Shown here: piece after piece, positions 35,745 to 48,781 of the stretch
How positions within the stretch are numbered: the stretch's first letter is position 1
How the letters are laid out: each line of letters opens with the position of its first letter
Assembly (NCBI GenBank): GCA_963805975.1
Contig: CAWDVR010000001.1
Span: 1,248,001 to 1,312,000, forward strand
Length of the DNA: 64,000 nt
Direction: 5' to 3'
Source: an uncultured Acidobacteriota bacterium
GTDB lineage: Bacteria; Acidobacteriota; Thermoanaerobaculia; Multivoradales; SZUA-115
Program-made: the position numbers and the translations under genes
Notes under the pieces: generated by a model
Database searches by the model: none
The model's input: only the letters and a program-made list of their open reading frames with translations
Told to the model about the DNA's origin: nothing

Positions 35745-36446
35745 TCAGAGCTCGCGCCGCGAGATCAGGGCCACGAACTCGCGCTGTAGCTCGTCGAGGG
35801 TGTGGTAGAGAGTGAGCGGCTGCTCGGTGCCCGACAGCTCGACTCCCTGCTTGTCCAAGGTGTAGCCCTGGACCCGGAAGAGCTCGCCGTCCTTCCTCTT
35901 CAGCACGTCGCCGGTCTTGGGGAGATAACCGGCCGGCAGGTGCCTGTCCACCGGGCTGTCGCGCTCCACCCGCTCCCCCAGCTCACGTACTACTGTCATT
36001 ACGCGCGAAAGCGCCAGCGACAGGCTGCCGTAGCGGTCGAGGAGGAAGGTCTCGGGCGGCCTGTCGAGAAGGGTCAGGCGCAGCGTGCAGCGCTCGATCC
36101 AATCGCCCTCGGGTGACAGGGTCTCGGCGTCGGTCTCGGAGAGGTCTTCCTCGGCGAGCCGGTTGACGAAGCCTCGAAGCTCGTAGGGTGCGAGCTCGGC
36201 CAGGCGCACGCTCTTCTCCCCCAGCCCCTCGGTCCACAGCCGGATGGTGCCGTTGGCGAACAGGGAGACGGCGCGGCGGTCGATCTCGCTCCGGCAGTCG
36301 TAGTCCACCAGCAGCCGGCCGCGGAGATCCTCCTGCGAAACCGGCTCTTCGGGCTGAGCCGCCCGCGATCCCGTGGTGCTGGTGAGCACGATGGCAGCGA
36401 GCACCGCCACGAGCCCGGTTTCAGGGCGTCTGCTCTTTTTCGCCAC
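35745..36446 (-). CDS. Hypothetical exported protein
   Basis: Signal-peptide-like N-terminus, co-directional and tightly packed in the operon; no recognised motif. Confidence 0.6.
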   Translation of the reverse strand: MAKKSRRPETGLVAVLAAIVLTSTTGSRAAQPEEPVSQEDLRGRLLVDYDCRSEIDRRAVSLFANGTIRLWTEGLGEKSVRLAELAPYELRGFVNRLAEEDLSETDAETLSPEGDWIERCTLRLTLLDRPPETFLLDRYGSLSLALSRVMTVVRELGERVERDSPVDRHLPAGYLPKTGDVLKRKDGELFRVQGYTLDKQGVELSGTEQPLTLYHTLDELQREFVALISRREL

Positions 36447-37719
36447 GCAGGAACTCTAGCGCGAAGTCCAGCTCACCGGCCTCGTCGATTGCCCTGTCCA
36501 GACGCGCGTAGCGGACCGCCTTCAACGCGCGCCCCAGAGCCGCACCTGGGCGCACACCGCGGGCCAGAAGATCAGCAGCCCGCAGGCGCACCACGAGCGA
36601 CCTCATCTCGCGGAGATAGCGTTCGACCCAGGCGAGCGCGATTCCTCCCTGGCTCGCCAGCAGCAGCACTTCCTCACCCGCCAACCCGTCGAGCATCGTC
36701 GCCACGGCGTGCGGCGCTACGGCAGGGGAGCTCAGCCGGCTGCTCGCCTCGGCCACCCGTTCCGGCCCCTCGACGACCAGCCGCCGCTCCTCCCCTGCCA
36801 GGGCGAGCCGCGTGGCGATGGCTTCCCGAGCCTCCGGGCCGAGGCCGGAGACCAGCGCGGCCAGGAGCAACCGAGAACGCGACCAGGCAGGCACCGAGAG
36901 GGCCTGCGCTTCCAGTGTCCGCGCCGCCGCCAGGCTCGAGACGAGTCGCCGGGCCTGCTCCTCGGACCACACGAGAGCCGGGTGGATGCCGGCGAGCAGC
37001 CCCAGCTCGCCCAGCCTCCGCAGCACCTCGACCTCGATCCCCACCTCGCCGGCAACCAGCAGCAGCTCGGCCCGCAGACGAGAGCCCGAGAGGCGATCGA
37101 GCACGCCGGCGGCCAGTGCTTCCGCGAGCAGGGCGAGCGTTTCGGGTTGCATCGCGAAGCCCAGTCGCTTCTCGAAGCGCGCACCCCGAAAGGCGCGGGT
37201 CGGGTCATCGTGGAACGACCCAGGGTGGAGCACTCGCAGGCTCCCGCGCTCCAGGTCCGCTAGACCGCCGAGCGGGTCGATCAGCCGCGGTGGCTCATCG
37301 TCGAGCGGCATGGCCAGGGCGTTGACGCTGAAATCCCGCCGCGCGAGATCCTCCTCGAGGCTTGCCGGCTGCACCTCGGGCAGCGCGGCGGGAGCGGAAT
37401 AGCTCTCGCTGCGCGCCGTGGCCACGTCGAGGACGCTGCCGCGGGCCAGCTCGATCTCCGCGGTCAGAAAGCGTGGGTGGCGGCGCAGCCGGCCCTCCAG
37501 CTCGGCGGCGAGCGCCGCAGCGAACCTCGGGCCCTCGCCGATGACGACCAGGTCGAGGTCCCGCGTCGGACGCGCCAGCAAGAGATCGCGCACCAGGCCG
37601 CCGACGAGATAGGCGTCGACTCCTTCCCGCCGGGCCACCGCGCGGCAGGCCGCGATGCGCTCGAGGAGCGTGGGGTCGAGCGCGCCCAGGCCCTGGGACA
37701 GCCGCCCGCTGGCGTTCAT
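36421..37719 (-). CDS. Class II tRNA nucleotidyltransferase (CCA/A-adding type)
   Basis: VGGLVRD, DLD, RRDFSVNALA, FHDDPTR...RF. Confidence 0.88.
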   Translation of the reverse strand: MNASGRLSQGLGALDPTLLERIAACRAVARREGVDAYLVGGLVRDLLLARPTRDLDLVVIGEGPRFAAALAAELEGRLRRHPRFLTAEIELARGSVLDVATARSESYSAPAALPEVQPASLEEDLARRDFSVNALAMPLDDEPPRLIDPLGGLADLERGSLRVLHPGSFHDDPTRAFRGARFEKRLGFAMQPETLALLAEALAAGVLDRLSGSRLRAELLLVAGEVGIEVEVLRRLGELGLLAGIHPALVWSEEQARRLVSSLAAARTLEAQALSVPAWSRSRLLLAALVSGLGPEAREAIATRLALAGEERRLVVEGPERVAEASSRLSSPAVAPHAVATMLDGLAGEEVLLLASQGGIALAWVERYLREMRSLVVRLRAADLLARGVRPGAALGRALKAVRYARLDRAIDEAGELDFALEFLRGEKEQTP

Positions 37720-37726
37720 GGCGGAG

Positions 37727-41185
<3,459 letters not shown>

Positions 41186-41192
41186 GGTTACC

Positions 41193-41753
41193 TCAGGAAG
41201 CCTCCCGCGAGCCCGCCATGCGGTTGGCCAGCAGGATGTAGTAGAGACCCGAGGCCACGGTCAGGGCCGCGGCCGAGTAGACCAGGAACTGTTGCACGAT
41301 CTCGAGGTGAGGCGCCACCCCTGCGATGAGGGTCGCGAGCACCGCCAGCACCTGCACGGCGGTCGTCACCTTGCTGATCGTCGCCGGCGGGAAGCGCTTG
41401 ACCCCCACCGCCAGGTAGAGCACCAGCGAGACGATCACGATCACCACGTCGCGGGAGATCACCAGCACCGAGACCCAGACCGGGATCTTGGGCAGGATCG
41501 GCAGCGCGGGGATGGCGAGCGTGGCGTAGGCCGAGACCAGCAGCAGCTTGTCGGCCATGGGGTCGAGATAGGCGCCGAGCTGCGACTGCTGGCCCCAGAA
41601 GCGGGCGATCAGGCCGTCGAGCAGGTCGGTCACCCCGGCGACCAGGAAGATCACCAGGGCCTGCATCTGGCGGCCCTCGACCAGGGCGATGATGAAGAGC
41701 GGCACCAACCCCATGCGCGCCAGCGACAGCAGGTTGGGGATGGTCAGGCTCAT
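41193..41753 (-). CDS. CDP-alcohol phosphatidyltransferase (PgsA-like)
   Basis: TIPNLLS, DLLDGLIAR...G..LDPMADK signature. Confidence 0.92.
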   Translation of the reverse strand: MSLTIPNLLSLARMGLVPLFIIALVEGRQMQALVIFLVAGVTDLLDGLIARFWGQQSQLGAYLDPMADKLLLVSAYATLAIPALPILPKIPVWVSVLVISRDVVIVIVSLVLYLAVGVKRFPPATISKVTTAVQVLAVLATLIAGVAPHLEIVQQFLVYSAAALTVASGLYYILLANRMAGSREAS

Positions 41754-43126
41754 GGGCTGAGTATGACGCGGATCATCTCCACCGCCTCGGCTCCGGCCAC
41801 CGCGCCGCGCGGCAGGCAGCTCTCGGTGTCGGCGACCAGCCGGCAGCGCGCGGCGGCGGCGCAGACCTCGACCGCCGCGCTCGGGACGGCGCCAGCGGCG
41901 CACGAGCGGACCCCGCCGCGCAGCTTCGCCACCCCGAGCAGAGCACGAAGCGCCGCCAGCCGGCCGAGCCCGCCGCCGGGCGCGAACAGGTGCAAGGTGG
42001 GATCGATGTCCATCAGTCCCAGGTTCACCACCCGCGCGATCGCCTCCCGCTGCGGATGCTCCAGGATATCGCTCGCGATGCGGGCCGTGCCCGGCCGGCC
42101 GTAGCGGACCTCGGGCACCAGCCAGAAGAGGAGCGTCGCGAAGCCGGATCGGGTGAGGGTCGGCCGCCCGGCCAGGGCCTGCACCTCCGCGGGCAGCAGG
42201 GCCAGACGCCAGCGGAACTTGGCGCGCGCCAGCTTGGGCTCGAAGCGCCGCGCGTCGCCCTCCGCTGCCAGCCGCTGGTAGAGATCCACGGCCACCCCTG
42301 GGTCGCCGAGCTCGAGCTCGAGGTCGGCCCGCCGCTCGACGAGGTCCGGCCGCTCCCTGAGCCGCGACGCCAGGTGGGAGAGAGCCTGGAGCTCCGCCCG
42401 GGCGTCCCCCTGGGCCGCGGCCAGCTCGCGGGCGGCGAACCACGCGGCAGTGCCCTCCGGCTCCCAGCCCGCGAGCTGCCGCTGCTCGGCCGAGGCTTCC
42501 TCCAGGCGTCCCAGCCGCAGGGCCTCGGCGAAGCGGTTGGCCACGATCTCGACCGCACGCGGCCGCAGCTCCTCGGCCCGCGCACCGGCCGCGGGGCTGG
42601 CCTCGGCCGTCTCGCGGTAGGCCGTGTAGGCACCCACCACGTCCCCGAGCGCCTCGCGGACGCGCGCCAGGAGCAGCCTCGCCGCGCTCGACTCGGGGCC
42701 CTCTCGCACCGCCGCCTCCAGGCGCTCGGCCGCCGTCTCGTACCGTCGCCGCGCGAAATCCGCCTGCGCGGCGAGAACCGCTGCCGGCTGGAAGCGCGGG
42801 TCGACCGCCAGGAGCGCCGCGGCCGTGGCCGCCGCTTCGTCCGCGGCACCCTCGTCGAGCAGCCGGCGGAAGGCGGCCGCCACGTCCTCGGCCCGCTGGC
42901 CGTCGGAACGGAAAGAAAAGTTGGCGATCGGATCCAGCAGGAAGGGGCGGTCTTCCGTGGCTAGGGGATAGCGCTCCCCGCGGGGACTGGGAGCTTGGGG
43001 CTCGGGACTGGCCGCGCAACCGGCGGCAGCGAGCAGCGCCAGGGCCGCGAGCCCGGCAGCGCTCCTCGGCAGCCACCGCGCCGGCGGGCTACTCTCCCTG
43101 CGCCGGAGCAACGGTGGAGATGGCAT
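41750..43126 (-). CDS. TPR-like lipoprotein with C-terminal SLH-like segment
   Basis: Lipobox LAAAGC, Ala-rich helical repeats, LTR...SDI..HP..EAI..VV.LGLM...F.P; start uncertain. Confidence 0.6.
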   Translation of the reverse strand: MPSPPLLRRRESSPPARWLPRSAAGLAALALLAAAGCAASPEPQAPSPRGERYPLATEDRPFLLDPIANFSFRSDGQRAEDVAAAFRRLLDEGAADEAAATAAALLAVDPRFQPAAVLAAQADFARRRYETAAERLEAAVREGPESSAARLLLARVREALGDVVGAYTAYRETAEASPAAGARAEELRPRAVEIVANRFAEALRLGRLEEASAEQRQLAGWEPEGTAAWFAARELAAAQGDARAELQALSHLASRLRERPDLVERRADLELELGDPGVAVDLYQRLAAEGDARRFEPKLARAKFRWRLALLPAEVQALAGRPTLTRSGFATLLFWLVPEVRYGRPGTARIASDILEHPQREAIARVVNLGLMDIDPTLHLFAPGGGLGRLAALRALLGVAKLRGGVRSCAAGAVPSAAVEVCAAAARCRLVADTESCLPRGAVAGAEAVEMIRVILSP

Positions 43127-43304
43127 GCTTGTAAACGAGGATCTCCTTGCCGTCGATCTCGAGGACCACGGCGAATCGGTCGAAGCGCTTCAACCTGCCC
43201 GTGAGGCTGCGGCCGGTGATCAGCTCCATGTCCATCGGCCGGCCCTCCTTCAGGCTCTGGAACAGGTAGCCATCCTGGATGTTGATCGTGTGCTTAGTGG
43301 GCAT
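43089..43304 (-). CDS. hfq: RNA chaperone Hfq
   Basis: NIQDGYL, G..L.G....FD.F, LVYKHAIST; directly downstream of miaA. Confidence 0.93.
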   Translation of the reverse strand: MPTKHTINIQDGYLFQSLKEGRPMDMELITGRSLTGRLKRFDRFAVVLEIDGKEILVYKHAISTVAPAQGE

Positions 43305-44244
43305 TGAGGGCTCCCCTCCCGACACCTGCGCGCTGCAAATAGATAAAAATCGAGTCCGTCGTTCGGCCGAGGGACGGCCCCTCGAACCAGGTGATGCCGG
43401 GTTCCTTGCGAAACCACGTCCCCTGCCGCTTGGCAAATCGGCGTGTGGCTCGCACGATCTCGTCCAGGGCCAGATCGAGGCTCCAACCCTCGAGCAGATG
43501 GCGGCTGAGCTGGCGATAGCCGATGGCCTGAAAAGCCGGGAGCTCCGGCGAGAGACCGCTGGCGATCAGGCTTCGAACCTCCTGCAACCAACCGCTCTCC
43601 ATCATGCTATATACCCGGCCTTCGATGCGATCGTACAGGATGGCCCGAGGAACCGTCAATCCGATGCGCAACGCCGAAAAAGGCTGCTCGCCGAAGGGCT
43701 GCTGGGTGATCCAGGACGAGAGCGGCCGGCCGCTCGTGAGAGCCACCTCGAGGGCTCTCAGGGTACGCTGGGTGTCGGTGCCCGCGAGGCGCGTGGCGGT
43801 CGCCGGGTCGAGGCTGGCGAGCTCTTTCTGCAGCGGCTCGAGGCCCTCCTGCTCGAGCCTGCAGCGCAAGGCCTCCCGCACCGCCGGATCGCCCGGCGGC
43901 ACCGGGCTCAGGCCTTGAAACAGAGCGCGAAAGTAAAGGCCGCTGCCGCCGACGACGATCGGCATCCTGCCGCGGGCGAGGATCTCGGCGATCGCAGTCC
44001 GCGCGCGGCGCGCGAACTCGCCCGCCGAGTAGCGCTCGTGCGGCTCGAGCAGGTCGATCAGGTGGTGGCGTACCCGGGCGCGTTCCTCGGCACCGGGCTT
44101 GGCGGTGCCGATGTCGAAACCGCGGTAGACCTGGAGCGCGTCGCCGTTGACGATCTCGCCGCCCAGGGCCGCCGCCAGCTCGAGCGCCAGCGCGCTCTTG
44201 CCGGCAGCCGTGGGACCAACGATCGCGAGCACCGGGGGCATCAT
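43294..44244 (-). CDS. miaA: tRNA dimethylallyltransferase
   Basis: GPTAAGKS, DALQVYRGFDIGTAKP, VGGSGLY, AKRQ.TW. Confidence 0.96.
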   Translation of the reverse strand: MMPPVLAIVGPTAAGKSALALELAAALGGEIVNGDALQVYRGFDIGTAKPGAEERARVRHHLIDLLEPHERYSAGEFARRARTAIAEILARGRMPIVVGGSGLYFRALFQGLSPVPPGDPAVREALRCRLEQEGLEPLQKELASLDPATATRLAGTDTQRTLRALEVALTSGRPLSSWITQQPFGEQPFSALRIGLTVPRAILYDRIEGRVYSMMESGWLQEVRSLIASGLSPELPAFQAIGYRQLSRHLLEGWSLDLALDEIVRATRRFAKRQGTWFRKEPGITWFEGPSLGRTTDSIFIYLQRAGVGRGALNAH

Positions 44245-46502
44245 CGCCAGTCTACCCGGATGGAAGGCGGGCCCACCGCGCTGACGCGGAGCGGCCTGGC
44301 CTCGGCGAGCTCGACCCTCAGGGCCCCTAGCCGGTCGGTCCGCAGCACCTGGGCGCCGTGTGCCTGCAAGCGCTCCAGGGCTTGCGCCGCCGGATGGCCG
44401 TAGGAGTTTGCGCGCCCAGCCGAGATCAGGGCCGTGCGAGGTTCCGCCAAGGCGAGGAAGCTCCGGGTGGACGAGGTTCGGCTGCCGTGGTGAGCGACCT
44501 TGAGGAGGTCGGCCGCGAGCAACGAGCCCCAGCGCCGGCCGAGGACCGCCTCTCCCCGGCCCTCGATGTCGCCGGCCAGGAGCACGCTGCGCCCCAGGGC
44601 CTCCCCCTTGAGCACCAGGGAGGCGTCGTTGCCCTGGAACCGGTCGTCCGCGGCCGGGTGGAGCACCCGGAAGCTCCAGCGCCCTCGCCGTAGCTCGTCG
44701 CCGGCCGCGAGCCCGATCCGCCGCTCGCCCGAGCGCTGGGCGAGCTCGCTCCCACAGCCGTCCTCCGGTGATCCTGGGGCCATCCAGGCCTCGCCGATCG
44801 GCAGGTAGTCGAAGAGGTCCACGAGCCCGCGGCAATGATCGCGGTCGCCATGGCTCAGCACCACTGCATCGAGCCGGCGGACACCCTCTCCCAGGAGGGC
44901 GGGCAGGAGCACTGCCCCGGCCAGGTCGCCCTGTTCCCATCCGCCGCCGTCCACCAGCAGGGCGTGGCGCCCGTCCCGCAGCAGGATGGCGTCGCCCTGC
45001 CCCACGTCGAGCATCACCACGGTCACTCCACCGTCGCGGTTCGGCCAGAGGAGGCAGAAGATCAATGCCACTGCGAGCGCCGCGAGGCCAAGGGCTCGGG
45101 GCCTGGCGAGGATCCGGTAAAGACCGAGGGCCAGGGCCGTGGCGCCGAGCCCGCCGAGGGCCACCGGCATCGTCCACAACGGACCCCAGGCGGAAGCGGA
45201 AAGCCAGCCCACCGGCGCCGCCAGAAAGTCGAGCACCGGGACCGAGGCCCTGGCTACACCAGGTGCGAGGACGGCCAGCATCGTCCAGGCGAGCGCGGCC
45301 AGCAATGCGATGGACATCCAGGGTATGAACAGCAGGTTGGCGAGCGGTGCGGCCGGGGCCAGGAGGTGGAAGGCCGGCAAAGCCCACGGAATGGTGGCGA
45401 CCTGGGCGCCGACGGTGGCTGCGAGCGGCCGGGAAAGCCCTCGCGGCAGGCGGGTCCAGGCCGCTTCCAGCCGCGGCGCCAGGAAGACCAGGCCCGCGGT
45501 CGCGGCCACGGTGAGCTGGAACCCGAGATCCAGGACCAGCGAAGGATCCCAAGCCACCAGAACGCCGGCCGCCACCGCCAGGGAGTTGCCGCTCTGGGGC
45601 GGTCTCTCGAGCAGCAGGGCCGTGGCAGCCAACGCCGCCATCAAGGCGGAGCGCAGGATCGCCGGCGAGGGCCCGACGAGAAGGATGTAAGCGACGACGG
45701 CGGTAGCGGCCAGGGCGAGGCGGAAGCCGCGGCGCGCCCCGGTGCCGAGCACCAGCGCGGCGGCTACGACCATACCGATGTGCAGCCCGGAAACGGACAG
45801 CACGTGCGACAGCCCCCAGCGCCGCAGGCCGCGCTTCCAGGTTGCCGGCAGCGCACTGGTATCGCCCAGTGCCAGGGCTCGCGCCAGAGCCACACCCGGT
45901 CCGCTCGCCGCCGCGTCCCGATAGCCGGCGTCCACCCGCGCCCGCAGGCGAGCGGACCAGGAGGACAAGGCGCCCGCGGCCTCCTCCACCTCGATCAACC
46001 TTGTGCTCTTCACGTAGAGCCGCGTCGGGCCGGGAGGAGTGGGCCGCCGGTTCCAGAAGCCGGACGAGCGGTAGAGCTGGCCTTGCAGCCGGACCCGCGT
46101 GCCCAGCCCCGGCAGCTCAGCATCGGCTGGCGCAGAAACGATCAGCCGCCGCGGCAACGAGAAGACCTGGCCACGCTGCTGCAGGCTCTCGACCGCGAGC
46201 GTGGCGGTCGCCGTTTCACCCGCGCGACGCCAGTGACTGGCAACCCGGCCGGCCACCGCCGCGGGCCGGCCCAGGTCGACCCGCTGTCGGTGCGGCTCGG
46301 CCGGCAGCTCGCCGCGTGCGACCGGCAGCAGGAAGCCGAGGCAGACCCAGGCGAGCCAAAGAGAGGAGCGCCGGCCGAGGGCCAGGCCGGCGAGCGCCAG
46401 GCCGGCAACCAGCATGCCAGCGGCCCGCAGGTGAAAGCCGAGCGCGGCACCGGCCAGGAGGCACAGGACGGGGACGAGGGCGGGCAGGCGTGGCGGATGC
46501 AC
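44241..46502 (-). CDS. comEC: DNA internalization competence protein ComEC/Rec2
   Basis: HVLSVSGLH, GFQL, DVGQGD, SHGDRDH, KVAHHGS, NSYGHP. Confidence 0.93.
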   Translation of the reverse strand: MHPPRLPALVPVLCLLAGAALGFHLRAAGMLVAGLALAGLALGRRSSLWLAWVCLGFLLPVARGELPAEPHRQRVDLGRPAAVAGRVASHWRRAGETATATLAVESLQQRGQVFSLPRRLIVSAPADAELPGLGTRVRLQGQLYRSSGFWNRRPTPPGPTRLYVKSTRLIEVEEAAGALSSWSARLRARVDAGYRDAAASGPGVALARALALGDTSALPATWKRGLRRWGLSHVLSVSGLHIGMVVAAALVLGTGARRGFRLALAATAVVAYILLVGPSPAILRSALMAALAATALLLERPPQSGNSLAVAAGVLVAWDPSLVLDLGFQLTVAATAGLVFLAPRLEAAWTRLPRGLSRPLAATVGAQVATIPWALPAFHLLAPAAPLANLLFIPWMSIALLAALAWTMLAVLAPGVARASVPVLDFLAAPVGWLSASAWGPLWTMPVALGGLGATALALGLYRILARPRALGLAALAVALIFCLLWPNRDGGVTVVMLDVGQGDAILLRDGRHALLVDGGGWEQGDLAGAVLLPALLGEGVRRLDAVVLSHGDRDHCRGLVDLFDYLPIGEAWMAPGSPEDGCGSELAQRSGERRIGLAAGDELRRGRWSFRVLHPAADDRFQGNDASLVLKGEALGRSVLLAGDIEGRGEAVLGRRWGSLLAADLLKVAHHGSRTSSTRSFLALAEPRTALISAGRANSYGHPAAQALERLQAHGAQVLRTDRLGALRVELAEARPLRVSAVGPPSIRVDWR

Positions 46503-46533
46503 GCCCCCTAAGACGGGAACCGGCGCGGAAACC

Positions 46534-46944
46534 TTACCGCTGGCATACCTTGGCCATCGTCACCTGGCCGGAAAGGAACGCACCCTCCGCGATCACCACC
46601 CTCGAGGCAGCGATGTTGCCTTCCAACTTTGCCGAGGCGGCGAGCTCCACGAGGTCGCTGGCCACCACGTCGCCCGCGACTCGGCCGGCGATGGAGATCG
46701 TGCGGGCCGCGATCCCTCCCTCGACCTCGCCGCCCGCGGCCACCCTCACCACTCCCTCGGTCGCGACGCTGCCCACCAGGAGACCCTCGACTCGCAAGTC
46801 CGCGGCGCCGCTGACCACGCCTTCGAAGCGCGCCCCGGCGGTGATCAGCGATCCCGGCCCCGATGCTGCCGGGCCGGAGCTGGGGCGCGGCGCTGCCGCG
46901 GCGGCTCCGGGAGAGGAGAGCGGGTCACGACGGAAGATCGACAT
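46534..46944 (-). CDS. Bactofilin (polymer-forming cytoskeletal protein)
   Basis: Beta-solenoid pattern LRVEG..VG, VEGGI, VAGDV, LEGNI, IAEGAFLSG. Confidence 0.88.
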   Translation of the reverse strand: MSIFRRDPLSSPGAAAAAPRPSSGPAASGPGSLITAGARFEGVVSGAADLRVEGLLVGSVATEGVVRVAAGGEVEGGIAARTISIAGRVAGDVVASDLVELAASAKLEGNIAASRVVIAEGAFLSGQVTMAKVCQR

Positions 46945-46962
46945 CGCGGCTGGGGTTGAGTT

Positions 46963-47038
46963 TGGAGCGGGCAACGGGACTCGAACCCGCGACATCAAGC
47001 TTGGGAAGCTTGCACTCTACCAACTGAGTTATGCCCGC
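46963..47038 (-). tRNA. tRNA-Gly (CCC)
   Basis: GCGGGCA...TGCCCGC TCCA; anticodon arm CAAGC-TTCCCAA-GCTTG. Confidence 0.96.
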
Positions 47039-47133
47039 TCGCGGCGGCTAATGTAGCGGAGGCCCCGAAAGTGGTCAAGCGCGCCCCTTGCCACGGACGC
47101 GCGGTCGCTATACTTCGAGGCCAGGCAAGAGAG

Positions 47134-47418
47134 ATGTCCATCCACGACCCAAAGACCGCACGCGGCCGCTCCGACACCCTCTACTTCTTTCCGGATCAGG
47201 AGGTCACCGCGGCCGAGCTGCACGAGATCCTCGGCGGGCGTGACGTGTGGCGGCGCAACTGGGCCATCTCGCACCTGCTGCGCTACGCGCAGTGGGACGA
47301 CATCTGGATGTACGTCAGCCGCGATCAGGTGCGCGAGGTGCTCTACGACCTCGACCTGCCCGAGCGCCTGCGCTCTGCCTGGGCCCGCATGCTGAAAATG
47401 GAAGTGCCCGTCGGCTGA
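47134..47418 (+). CDS. Small hypothetical protein
   Basis: 94-aa ORF with GC3-biased codons, upstream TATACT; YFF.D...WAISHLLRYA.WDDIW motif. Confidence 0.7.
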   Translation: MSIHDPKTARGRSDTLYFFPDQEVTAAELHEILGGRDVWRRNWAISHLLRYAQWDDIWMYVSRDQVREVLYDLDLPERLRSAWARMLKMEVPVG

Positions 47419-47436
47419 GGGCCTTTCGGCTGAGAT

Positions 47437-48732
47437 CTACAGCTGGGAGGCGAAGGGTCGCGCCAGCCATTCCCTGACGCGCTCCCGCCACGGCCGCCGG
47501 CGCCAGGCCTCGAAGGTCACCTGCCGGGACTGCTTCAAGTCTGCCTCGAACACCTCGGTCATCCGCCGCGCGAACTCGGCATCGTAGAGGTTGAGGTTGG
47601 CCTCGTCGTTGAGCGCGAAGGAGCGGTTGTCGAAGTTCGTCGAGCCCACCGAGACCAGGAGCCCGTCGACCGTCAGGATCTTGCAGTGGTACATGGTCGG
47701 CCGGTACTCGTGGATCTCGGCCCCGGCGGCCAGGAGCTCCCCCCAGTCCGCCCGGGAGGCGCTGCGCACCGCCTCGACGTCGATGTGCTCTCCGGGCACG
47801 ATGACACGCACCTTGACCCCGCGGCGCACGGCGTCGAGGAGGGTCTTCCGGGTCAGCTCGTCGGGCACGAAGTAGGACGCCGCCAAGTCGATCGAGCGCT
47901 CGGCCGCGGCGATCGCCAGCAGATACATCAGCCGCATGCTCTCGCTGCCGCCGGTCGGCGAGCTCGAGAACATCTGAGCGGGCGTGTTGCCGGCGTGCTC
48001 GAGGGCTGGAAAGTAGGTCTTCTCGTCGAGCACCTCGCCGGAGACCTTCAGCCAGTTGTCGGTGAAGACCGCCTGCACCTGGGCCACGGTCGGGCCCTCG
48101 AGCCGGAAGTGCGCATCCCGCCAGTGCCCGGGATCCTGTGCGTCGCCGGTCCACCTGTCGGCAATGCCGACGCCGCCGGTGAAGCCGACCCGGCCGTCGA
48201 CCACCAAGAGCTTGCGATGTGTGCGTTGGTTGAAGCGCGACAGGTGATACCAGCGCAGGGGATGGTACTTCTCGACCTCGACACCCGCGTCCCGGAGCTC
48301 CTGGAGCAGATCGTCGTCCATCTGGCTGCTGCCGACCCAGTCCAGCAGCACGTGCACCCGCACCCCGGCCCGCGCACGCTCGGCGAGCGCCGCGGCGAAC
48401 CGCCCGCCGATGTCTCCGGACCAGTAGATGTAGGTCTCGAAGGTGATGGTCTCGCGCGCCGCGGCGATCGCGGCGAGCATCGAGGGAAAGATCTCGTCGC
48501 CATTCTCGAGGTACTCGACCTTGTTGCCTTCGAGGATGGCGGGGCCCAGCAGCACCCCCATGACGTGTCGGAACTGTGGGTCCGTGGTGCCGTAACGATG
48601 CTCGATCCGCTGCTCGATCTGCTTCTCGCGCGGCAGGAAGTTCAGCCCCACGAGAACCACGATGGCGGTGAGAGCGACTGCGATCAGGATCCAGATGAGC
48701 ATCTTTGCGCGCCCCACCACGATGGCCATCAC
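47437..48732 (-). CDS. cls: Cardiolipin synthase (phospholipase D family)
   Basis: Two HxKxxxxD motifs (HRKLLVVD, HCKILTVD), GSTNFDNRSFALNDE. Confidence 0.93.
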   Translation of the reverse strand: MMAIVVGRAKMLIWILIAVALTAIVVLVGLNFLPREKQIEQRIEHRYGTTDPQFRHVMGVLLGPAILEGNKVEYLENGDEIFPSMLAAIAAARETITFETYIYWSGDIGGRFAAALAERARAGVRVHVLLDWVGSSQMDDDLLQELRDAGVEVEKYHPLRWYHLSRFNQRTHRKLLVVDGRVGFTGGVGIADRWTGDAQDPGHWRDAHFRLEGPTVAQVQAVFTDNWLKVSGEVLDEKTYFPALEHAGNTPAQMFSSSPTGGSESMRLMYLLAIAAAERSIDLAASYFVPDELTRKTLLDAVRRGVKVRVIVPGEHIDVEAVRSASRADWGELLAAGAEIHEYRPTMYHCKILTVDGLLVSVGSTNFDNRSFALNDEANLNLYDAEFARRMTEVFEADLKQSRQVTFEAWRRRPWRERVREWLARPFASQL

Positions 48733-48781
48733 CCACGCCCTCCAGGCCGGCTACCTGTGCGGTCTCCTGCCGCCCAGCTCC

